From a virus (Duplodnaviria > Caudoviricetes): a stretch of 33,878 nucleotides of DNA. A program made the position numbers and the translations under genes. Below the pieces are notes generated by a model. The model did no database searches, was not told the DNA's origin, and was given only the letters and a program-made list of their open reading frames with translations. Shown in pieces: positions 1 to 7,147 of this stretch. Position 1 is the stretch's first letter; each line of letters starts with the position of its first letter. Where the stretch lies: positions 1 through 33,878 of IMG/VR virus record IMGVR_UViG_3300017766_000205; one strand, given 5' to 3'.

Positions 1-204
1 CCGAAGTCAGACCCAGTGAACCACCCAGCGCACTACAAAGTGGGCGGTATCGAGACCATCGACTTCATCGAAGCCAAGCGCTTGAACTACAACATGGGTA
101 ACGCTGTGAAGTACATCACCCGTGCGGACCACAAGGGTAGCCGCAAGCAAGACCTTGAGAAAGCCATTTGGTATCTCAAGCGCGAACTGGACCACTCGAT
201 CTGA
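1..204 (+). CDS. DUF3310 / SaV-like (T7 gp1.7-related) protein, 5'-partial
   Basis: Frame is open from base 1. DPVNHPAHY..GGIETIDFI..GNAVKYITRA.HKG...DLEKAIWYL matches the DUF3310 pattern. Confidence 0.85.
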   Translation, partial: PKSDPVNHPAHYKVGGIETIDFIEAKRLNYNMGNAVKYITRADHKGSRKQDLEKAIWYLKRELDHSI

Positions 205-214
205 GGACGTATAA

Positions 215-646
215 ATGAATAATGGACTGAAAATTTTGATCGAGCGCATGCGCGAGCACCCGGAAGATTTTGTACTCGACCCGTATCGACTTAGCGTGAA
301 CACTACACAAGCCGGGTGGAGTGAACTCATCTCTGTTGCCAACGGGTTAGCGGAGAACGATTGCCTATCAGACGAAGAGGTGGGGGCTTGGATTGAAGCC
401 AAGAAAAGACTCATGGTAGATAATTTCAACGCCAAGGTGTTGGATGCAGTGAACTATGTGCCGCCTCAACCTGTCCAGTATCAGGAAGTCATGCGCCTTG
501 ACTCGTCGGGGAACCTCGGGATTGGTGCAAACCTAGCATCAAACTTTTTTGGCGCTAACACGATCGCTCCCCAAATCGCGGTCGGCAGCACAAAGTTATC
601 TGAGTCAGATATCAAGCACATCAAGAAGAAGGTAGGGCTTAAATAA
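215..646 (+). CDS. Hypothetical protein (143 aa) carrying one tail-fibre-type repeat motif
   Basis: GAGG SD upstream; stop overlaps the polymerase ATG (TAATG); contains EVMRLDSSGNLGIG. Confidence 0.85.
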   Translation: MNNGLKILIERMREHPEDFVLDPYRLSVNTTQAGWSELISVANGLAENDCLSDEEVGAWIEAKKRLMVDNFNAKVLDAVNYVPPQPVQYQEVMRLDSSGNLGIGANLASNFFGANTIAPQIAVGSTKLSESDIKHIKKKVGLK

Positions 647-2520
647 TGAATCTGATAACTCTCGATTTCGAGACCTACTACACAAGCAAAGACTTGGGTT
701 TCCGTACCCAGACCACCGAAGAATACGTGCGTGACAAGCGTTTCGAGGTGATCGGGGTGTCGGTGCAAGTCGATGCTGGTGAGCCAGTTTGGTTTTCAGG
801 GGACCGTGAAACGATGCGCAAGTGGCTACTGCAATTCGATTGGCGTAACTCCATGATGCTGGCACACAACACGCTGTTCGATGGCTGTATCTTGTATTGG
901 CATTTCGGCATCACGCCAAAGGTCTACCTTGATACGCTGTCGATGGCTAGGGCGTTGCATGGTGTCGAAGTCGGGGGTTCGCTGGCCAAGCTGGCTGAGC
1001 GGTATCAGATAGGACAGAAGGGTGATGAGGTTGTTGCGGCGATTGACAAACGCCGTAAAGACTTTGCGCCTGATGACCTCGCACGGTATGGGGAGTATTG
1101 CAGGAACGATGTGGCGCTGACGTACAGTCTGTTCAACATTATGTCCAAAGACTTTCCTATGGATGAGTTGCGGCTGATCGACATGACGATCCGCATGTTC
1201 ACGCACCCCATGCTGTACGTTGATGAGGACAAGCTGAACACTCGGCTTGAAGACATGCACAGAGAAAAGTCTGAACTATTGTCATCGCTCATGAGCCAGC
1301 TCAAATGTGAGACAGAGGAAGAGGTGCGCAAGAACTTGTCCAGCAATAAGAAGTTCGCTGAGATTTTGGAAAGCTTCAAGATCAAAGTGCCGATGAAGAT
1401 GAGCGAGAAGCAGAAGAAGGAAGTCCCTGCCCTTGCCAAGAAGGACGAAGGGTTCATCGCGCTGTGTGAGAGTGAGGATGAGTTCATTCAGCACCTGTGC
1501 GCGGTGAGACTCGGAACGAAGTCAACACTTGAAGCGGGGCGCATCCAGAGGTTCATCGACATAGGCAAGCGCAACAAGGGACTCATTCCTGTCCCCCTGA
1601 AATACTACGGAGCGCACACGGGCCGCTGGTCGGGCATGGACAAGATCAACTTCCAGAATCTGCCAAGCCGCGATCCTAAGAAGAAGGCACTGAAGAAGGC
1701 CATCGTGCCGCCAGAAGGTTACAAGGTGATCAACGCTGACTCATCACAGATCGAGGCGCGTATGGTCGCGTGGTTGGCTGGACAAGACGATGTGGTGCAA
1801 CAGTTTGCGCGGGGCGAGGATGTGTATTCGCTGTTCGCATCTGCTGTCTACAACCGCACGATCACAAAGAAAGACGCTGAGCAACGCTTTGTCGGTAAGA
1901 CATGTATTCTGGGTCTCGGGTACGGCACTGGGGCGCTCAAGTTACAACACACGCTATCGACATCGCAACCGATCAGCGTGAAGATTGACGAGGACGAGGC
2001 CAAGCGCATCGTGGGTGTGTACCGTGAGAAGAACGACAAGATCATCGAGTTGTGGGGCGAAGCAGACGACATGCTCAACGACATGCTCAATGGTTCTTTC
2101 AAGAACGGCCCCAAGTCTTTCGGTAAACACAAGTGTGTCTTCTACGATAAAGACGGAATCATCCTCCCGAACAACTTGCGTATTCGCTACAAGAATCTGC
2201 GCAAAGAGTTTGATGACGGCAAGAGCAAGATCATCTATGACTCACGCAAAGGGCCGATCTCTATCTGGGGTGGGGCTGTAGTTGAGAACGTGGTGCAAGC
2301 CCTTGCACGTATCGTTGTTGGCTTGCAGATGATTGAGATTAACAACCACCACCGTGTTGTGCTCACTGTGCATGACGCCGCTGTGTGCGTGGTTCCCGAG
2401 GATGAGGTCGCCAAGGCTGTAGAGCTAATAACTGGCATCATGCACGTAGCGCCCGAGTGGGCCACGGGACTTCCCGTTGCGTGTGAAGCCAATGCTGGCG
2501 ACAGTTACGGCGATTGCTGA
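646..2520 (+). CDS. polA: Phage family A DNA polymerase with 3'-5' exonuclease domain
   Basis: ExoI LDFETYY, ExoII HNTLFD, ExoIII YCRND; HTGRWSG..NFQNLP; motif A DSSQIEAR; motif B RFVGKTCILGLGYG; motif C VHDA. No 5'-3' exonuclease domain. Confidence 0.96.
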   Translation: MNLITLDFETYYTSKDLGFRTQTTEEYVRDKRFEVIGVSVQVDAGEPVWFSGDRETMRKWLLQFDWRNSMMLAHNTLFDGCILYWHFGITPKVYLDTLSMARALHGVEVGGSLAKLAERYQIGQKGDEVVAAIDKRRKDFAPDDLARYGEYCRNDVALTYSLFNIMSKDFPMDELRLIDMTIRMFTHPMLYVDEDKLNTRLEDMHREKSELLSSLMSQLKCETEEEVRKNLSSNKKFAEILESFKIKVPMKMSEKQKKEVPALAKKDEGFIALCESEDEFIQHLCAVRLGTKSTLEAGRIQRFIDIGKRNKGLIPVPLKYYGAHTGRWSGMDKINFQNLPSRDPKKKALKKAIVPPEGYKVINADSSQIEARMVAWLAGQDDVVQQFARGEDVYSLFASAVYNRTITKKDAEQRFVGKTCILGLGYGTGALKLQHTLSTSQPISVKIDEDEAKRIVGVYREKNDKIIELWGEADDMLNDMLNGSFKNGPKSFGKHKCVFYDKDGIILPNNLRIRYKNLRKEFDDGKSKIIYDSRKGPISIWGGAVVENVVQALARIVVGLQMIEINNHHRVVLTVHDAAVCVVPEDEVAKAVELITGIMHVAPEWATGLPVACEANAGDSYGDC

Positions 2521-2563
2521 TACTATCCTTACCCTCAACAATCTACAGTAAGGATTCAGTATG
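2518..2563 (+). promoter_or_regulatory. Hairpin covering the SD and start codon of the exonuclease gene, overlapping an extended -10 element
   Basis: ATACT-ATCCTTAC (2520-2532) pairs with GTAAGGAT-tc-AGTAT (2548-2562); TG-A-TACTAT at 2518-2526. Confidence 0.55.
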
Positions 2564-3226
2564 TCGCCTCAAGAAATTAAGTGGTCTTACTCCGGACTCA
2601 AAGACTACAGCAACTGCCCCAAGCAGTACCACGAGGTCAAAGTCCTCAAGCGGTTTGCCAAGAAGCCTACTCAGCAGATGCTATACGGCACTCAGGTTCA
2701 CACAGCGCTTGAGAACTACGTTAAAGACGGCACACCACTGGCGAAGAACTACGAGCGTTACAAGAAGCAGCTTGACCCCTTGCGTGAGATGAGCGGTATC
2801 AAGTACCCTGAGCATCGTATGGCGATCACTTACGACAAAGAACCATGCACCTTTGGCGCTAAGGATTACTGGGCGCGGGGCATCGCTGACTTGCTGGTGA
2901 TAGATGAAGACCAAGGCTTTATTGTTGACTACAAGACAGGCAGCAACAAGTATCCCGATCCCAAACAGCTTCAACTCATGGCGCTCATGGCGTTCGCGCA
3001 CTTTCCAGAACTTCAACACATCAAAGCTGGCTTGTTGTTTGTTGCGCACGAGCACTTTGTTACCTCAGAGTACACCCGTGAAAAGATCGACGAGTACTGG
3101 CAGGACTTCTACTGGGAACTTGAAAGAATGCGGCTTTCCTACGAAAATGGTAGCTGGCAAGCGAACCCCACACCTCTGTGCGGTTGGTGTCCCGTACATA
3201 CCTGCGAATACCACAAGGAGCGATGA
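2561..3226 (+). CDS. PD-(D/E)XK exonuclease, Cas4/AddB-like, probable Fe-S cluster
   Basis: SYSGL..Y.NCP at the N-terminus, GIADLL....IVDYKTG, QLQLMA, and C-terminal CGWCPVHTC (1+3 Cys arrangement). Confidence 0.9.
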   Translation: MSPQEIKWSYSGLKDYSNCPKQYHEVKVLKRFAKKPTQQMLYGTQVHTALENYVKDGTPLAKNYERYKKQLDPLREMSGIKYPEHRMAITYDKEPCTFGAKDYWARGIADLLVIDEDQGFIVDYKTGSNKYPDPKQLQLMALMAFAHFPELQHIKAGLLFVAHEHFVTSEYTREKIDEYWQDFYWELERMRLSYENGSWQANPTPLCGWCPVHTCEYHKER

Positions 3227-3540
3227 TGCCCTACGTAAACAAACCACGCCCGTACAAGAAAGAGTACGAGCAACAGAAAGCCCGTGGCGAACACGACAAC
3301 CGCATGGAACGACAGCGCGGACGCCGCAAGATCGACAAGGAAGGCGCTGACCACAACGGTAACGGCAAGGCCGACAAGCGCGAAGGCAAGGATGTCGCGC
3401 ACGTTAAGGCAATGGACAAGGGTGGCACGAACAAGGACGGTTTGCGCATCGAGTCCGCATCGCGTAATCGTTCATTCAAACGTGACTCCAAGGGCAACCT
3501 TGTGTCCGAGACCAGCAAAAAAGAACGAAAAAGAACTTGA
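3223..3540 (+). CDS. Small basic HNH-like protein (degenerate motif)
   Basis: AAGGAG SD at 3215-3220; ATGATG overlaps the upstream stop (start at 3223 or 3226); DVAHVKAMDKGGTNKDGLRIESASRNRS resembles phage DVDH..GG.N..NL......NR HNH motifs. Confidence 0.7.
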   Translation: MMPYVNKPRPYKKEYEQQKARGEHDNRMERQRGRRKIDKEGADHNGNGKADKREGKDVAHVKAMDKGGTNKDGLRIESASRNRSFKRDSKGNLVSETSKKERKRT

Positions 3541-3566
3541 CAAATTCCTAGTGAACCATAAATAAT
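3517..3566 (+). promoter_or_regulatory. Putative sigma70 promoter
   Basis: Perfect TTGACA at 3537-3542, 18-nt spacer, AATAAT at 3561-3566, A-rich UP-like tract at 3517-3535. Confidence 0.6.
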
Positions 3567-3702
3567 CTGGCCGTAAGGTGTGAGTGTGCCAGATGGCTCT
3601 TTTGCAGTTGCTTTCGGCCTTTAACCACATCAGTCATTCGGCGTTTGCTTTCTCCGTTTTGTTGGACGTGACAGGAATGACAGACACCTCGGAAAGACGA
3701 GG
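3565..3702 (+). ncRNA. Candidate structured RNA or leader between the HNH and helicase genes
   Basis: Longest non-coding gap in the window (185 nt). Stems: ATCTGGC/GCCAGAT (3565-71/3588-94), GGTGTG/CACATC (3577-82/3626-31), GTCATTC/GAATGAC (3633-39/3675-81), GCGTTT/GGACGT (3641-46/3664-69), CCTCG-GAAAGA-CGAGG (3687-3702). Confidence 0.5.
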
Positions 3703-3725
3703 ACCCAATTCAGTAAAGAGGTAGT

Positions 3726-5288
3726 ATGGAAATAGTTCAAAACGCAGCGTTGCGCTTTCTTTGCTCAGATGAGATGGCTGAACAGATCAGCAAGTACATC
3801 GACAAGAGCGAGTACCTAGGCCCACGCGAACAACACCACGAGGTGCTTGTGCATTGGGGAGTTGACGAGGTACAAAAACTCGCACGGCTCCTCCCCCACG
3901 GAAACTCTGTGCCATCCCCCATCGAGCGCGACTACGGTTGGCCGGGGATGTTTCAGCCGTTTGACCACCAACGTGATACAGCACGTTTCCTCACGCTATA
4001 CCAACGAGCTTTCTGCTTCAACGAAGCAGGCACAGGTAAGACTTCAGCAGCTATCTGGGCGGCTGATTACCTGATGAGTCAGGGTAAGGTGAAACGAGTG
4101 TTGGTCATTTGCCCTCTGTCCATCATGCAAAGCGCATGGCAAGCTGACTTGTTCAAGACAGCTATGCACAGAACGTGCGCGGTAGCGCATGGCTCCAAAC
4201 GCCGCAAGGTGATTCAGGGTGGCTACGACTTTGTGATCATCAACTATGACGGCGTGAGCGCAGAGCGCGAAGCGATCTCCAATGGTGGCTTTGATCTGAT
4301 CATTGTTGACGAGGCGAATGCTTACAAGAACCCCACGACTGTGCGCTGGAAGACCTTGTCTAAGATCATCAGGAGCGACACCTATCTGTGGATGATGACG
4401 GGCACTCCTGCATCGCAGTCCCCCGAGGATGCATTCGGGCTTGCGCGGCTTGTCAACCCCAGTGCTGTACCCAAGTTCAAGACGGCGTGGAAAGACAAAG
4501 TGATGCGCCAGATAACGCGCTTCAAGTGGGCCCCCAAACCCGATGCGCAAGACCATGTGTTCAAAGCGCTCCAGCCAGCTATCAGATACGAGAAGGCTCA
4601 GTGCCTTGACCTGCCTGATGTGATGTACCAGACACGGGAAGTCCCTCTGTCAGGGCAAGCAACTGCCTACTACAAAGAGCTGGTCAAGCAAATGCAGATC
4701 AAAGCAGTGGGGGAAACAATCAGCACAGTCAACGCTGCCGCTGCCCTCACGAAACTTCTGCAACTGTCTGGTGGTGCGGTCTACACGGACACAGGCAACG
4801 TGGTCGAGTTCGACATCTCGCCGCGCTTGAACGTGCTTCAGGAAGTCATCGATGAGGCGTCCCACAAGATCATTGTGTTCGTGCCGTACAAGCACACTAT
4901 CCAAGTGATTCAGGAGTACCTGAACAAGAACAACGTGACCACAGAGATTATTTCTGGTGACGTATCAGCTAACGCCCGCGCGCAAATCTTCAAAAACTTT
5001 CAGACAACTGACACGCCCCGTGTGTTGTTAGTTCAACCGCAGTCGGCCTCGCATGGTGTGACGTTGACTGCTGCAGATACCATCGTGTTCTGGTCCCCTG
5101 TGATGTCCGTAGAAACGTACTTGCAGTGCGTTGCGCGTATTGACCGTGTGGGGCAGAAGAACAAGATGACAGTAATTCACCTTCAGGGGTCCGAGGTGGA
5201 GCGGCGCATGTACAAGATGCTTCAGGGCAAAGTGGACATGCACGAAAAATTGGTGGACCTGTACAACATGGAAATTGGAGAAGAATGA
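3726..5288 (+). CDS. SNF2-family (SF2) helicase
   Basis: EAGTGKT (Walker A), VICPLS, IIVDEAN, MTGTP, HGVTLTAA, QCVARIDRVGQ; GAGGT SD. Confidence 0.93.
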   Translation: MEIVQNAALRFLCSDEMAEQISKYIDKSEYLGPREQHHEVLVHWGVDEVQKLARLLPHGNSVPSPIERDYGWPGMFQPFDHQRDTARFLTLYQRAFCFNEAGTGKTSAAIWAADYLMSQGKVKRVLVICPLSIMQSAWQADLFKTAMHRTCAVAHGSKRRKVIQGGYDFVIINYDGVSAEREAISNGGFDLIIVDEANAYKNPTTVRWKTLSKIIRSDTYLWMMTGTPASQSPEDAFGLARLVNPSAVPKFKTAWKDKVMRQITRFKWAPKPDAQDHVFKALQPAIRYEKAQCLDLPDVMYQTREVPLSGQATAYYKELVKQMQIKAVGETISTVNAAAALTKLLQLSGGAVYTDTGNVVEFDISPRLNVLQEVIDEASHKIIVFVPYKHTIQVIQEYLNKNNVTTEIISGDVSANARAQIFKNFQTTDTPRVLLVQPQSASHGVTLTAADTIVFWSPVMSVETYLQCVARIDRVGQKNKMTVIHLQGSEVERRMYKMLQGKVDMHEKLVDLYNMEIGEE

Positions 5289-5464
5289 TGATCGACGCAA
5301 ATAAACTGCAATACTTTACGACAGCGGCGTGGCTACGTGGCTACGCTGAAGGACTAGATGAGTATGAACACAAATCACTCATACACAAACTCAACCAAGC
5401 CGCAGACCTACTTGACTACGTGTGGGGTCGGTATGTGGACGAACAACAGGATGGAGAAAAATAA
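5285..5464 (+). CDS. Hypothetical protein (59 aa, not in the ORF track)
   Basis: MMIDANKLQYFTTAAWLRGYAEGLDEYEHKSLIHKLNQAADLLDYVWGRYVDEQQDGEK. ATGA overlap with the helicase stop, TAATG overlap with the next gene, GGAG upstream. Confidence 0.8.
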   Translation: MMIDANKLQYFTTAAWLRGYAEGLDEYEHKSLIHKLNQAADLLDYVWGRYVDEQQDGEK

Positions 5465-5877
5465 TGGCAGACGTAGAAAGTTTAGTAGAAACCTACTTGA
5501 CAATACGCCGACAGCGTGAGACGCTTAAGGCTGAGTTCGAGTCGAAAGACGGCGACCTCAAAAACGACATGGAGCAGATCGAAGCGGCGCTCCTTGATAT
5601 CTGTAACACAACCAACGTAAACGGATTGAGAACACATCATGGCACTGTCACACGGCAGGTCAAAGAGAGATACTTTTGCACTGATTGGGACAACTTCAAA
5701 AAGTTTGTCGAGGCAGAGGGGTCTATCGATCTCCTCGAACGCCGAATCCATCAACGCAACTTCAAAGAATTTATGTCCGAGCGGTCAGGCGATGGTCTGC
5801 CGCCCGGTGTAAATGCCCTGCGCGAATTTGACATAGTCGTGCGCAAGGCTTCTTCAACCAGTGAAACTTCAGTTTAA
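5464..5877 (+). CDS. Conserved phage coiled-coil protein (Gp157/Gam-like architecture, function uncertain)
   Basis: GGAG SD at 5453-5456 favours the ATG at 5464. N-terminal coiled coil, then RT.HGTV, DWDNF, LLERRI and LPPGV motifs. Confidence 0.7.
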   Translation: MADVESLVETYLTIRRQRETLKAEFESKDGDLKNDMEQIEAALLDICNTTNVNGLRTHHGTVTRQVKERYFCTDWDNFKKFVEAEGSIDLLERRIHQRNFKEFMSERSGDGLPPGVNALREFDIVVRKASSTSETSV

Positions 5878-5890
5878 GGAAACACTCATC

Positions 5891-6763
5891 ATGAGTAACG
5901 AACTCGCAACAATTTTTCAGAACTCCGGCGTAGCAATTCCTCAAGGTCTCGATGAAGACACCCTTGCCGTTGCTGGTAACGCGACACAAGGCAATAAGCG
6001 TATCTCTATCGAGGGTCGTGTATTCCGCAAGATCGTTGGTGGTAAAGAGCAGAGCGTCAACACTGACTCCTCCATGAACGTCATCATCGTTAAGATGGCG
6101 CACGAGGCATCGCGTACGTTCTACGGACAGACATACAAGAAGGGCGTCAAGCTGGCTCCCGCTTGCTGGTCCAATGACTCCAAGACCCCAGACCCAGAAG
6201 TGAAATCACCTTGCGCATCTACTTGCGCGGAGTGCCCCAACTCTGTTAAGGGTTCTGGCCAAGGCGGTCAAGGAACTGCATGCCGCTTGTCTTGGCGCTT
6301 GGCTGTTGTTCTGCCTAATGATCCAGAGGGCGATGTGTATCAGTTGGTTCTTCCAGCTACCAGCGCGTTCGGCAAGGAAGAGGGCGGCAGATGGCCTTTC
6401 CGTCCATACATCCAGATGCTTGCTAACAACAATGTGTCTGCTGGGCGCGTGATCACCAAGATGCAGTTTGACATCAACTACCCCGTGCCTCGCTTGCTGT
6501 TCTCTCCAGCCGCAGCAGTGCCTGACGCGATGTACGAGGTTATCAAACAGCAAGGCAAATCGAAGGCTGCCGAAAGTGCTATCAAGCTCACCGTGTACAA
6601 GTCAGACAAGGCGGAAGACGAAGCCGAAGCACCTGCTCAGCCAGCAAGTATCTCCGAGCCAGAGGTGATCGAAGCGCCCGTCAAGCGCGAGACTGCGCGT
6701 AAGGCAACGGCTGAGACTGCCGATGATGTTAGCGACATCGTCAAGAAGTGGGCTAAGAAGTAA
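5891..6763 (+). CDS. Putative ssDNA-binding/recombination protein with Cys cluster
   Basis: AAGGA SD then ATG at 5891; CWSND...CASTCAECP...CRL; acidic, Ala-rich tail ending in DIVKKW; sits in the replication module. Function is inferred. Confidence 0.6.
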   Translation: MSNELATIFQNSGVAIPQGLDEDTLAVAGNATQGNKRISIEGRVFRKIVGGKEQSVNTDSSMNVIIVKMAHEASRTFYGQTYKKGVKLAPACWSNDSKTPDPEVKSPCASTCAECPNSVKGSGQGGQGTACRLSWRLAVVLPNDPEGDVYQLVLPATSAFGKEEGGRWPFRPYIQMLANNNVSAGRVITKMQFDINYPVPRLLFSPAAAVPDAMYEVIKQQGKSKAAESAIKLTVYKSDKAEDEAEAPAQPASISEPEVIEAPVKRETARKATAETADDVSDIVKKWAKK

Positions 6764-7093
6764 ATGCCACGGACGTTCAGCCCACAACTGCTGAATAGTA
6801 TTGAGAGTGCCGAGGACAGCCCCGGTATCTCTCTTGCTAAGACCTGCCTCAAAGCAGGTCTCCCAGCATCTTACGCCGCTCCAATGCTCAAAGTGTCACG
6901 CATGACGCTACACACTTGGTTTCGCGGTGGTGTGATCCGCAAATCAAGGGTTGGGCAACTGGAACAGTTCATTAAGTTCATCGAAGATGAAATCAGTGCA
7001 GGAGTTTTACCAAAACAAACCTTGAAGGAAACGCAGGAATATGTTGAGCACTTCTCAGGACGCGCTCTGCCTGTGAACAAAAGTGCGGCTTGA
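6764..7093 (+). CDS. Small HTH DNA-binding protein
   Basis: ASYAAPMLKVSRMTLHTWFRG fits an XRE-like helix-turn-helix; starts immediately after the upstream stop. Confidence 0.7.
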   Translation: MPRTFSPQLLNSIESAEDSPGISLAKTCLKAGLPASYAAPMLKVSRMTLHTWFRGGVIRKSRVGQLEQFIKFIEDEISAGVLPKQTLKETQEYVEHFSGRALPVNKSAA

Positions 7094-7111
7094 AAAAGCC
7101 GTTGTCGTAAC

Positions 7112-7135
7112 AGCGGGGCCGGTCCCCGCTTTATT
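7112..7135 (+). terminator. Intrinsic terminator/attenuator-like hairpin before the primase gene
   Basis: AGCGGGG-CCGGT-CCCCGCT followed by TTATT. Confidence 0.6.
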
Positions 7136-7147
7136 GTCTCTGCGATC

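Noticed and set aside
2561-3226. Cas4-like gene as evidence of a CRISPR-Cas system
   Set aside because: No array or other cas genes; stand-alone Cas4-like exonucleases are routine in phage replication modules.
3565-3702. tRNA, twister ribozyme or TIGR-like guide array
   Set aside because: No cloverleaf or T-loop; the twister core could not be completed; only two 8-nt repeats and no Nop-domain gene. Kept only as an unassigned structured RNA.
3178-5890. ORF-track starts at 3178, 5422 and 5861 (also 30614)
   Set aside because: Downstream ATGs at 3223/3226, 5464, 5891 and 30578 have better SD sequences and fit the gene packing.
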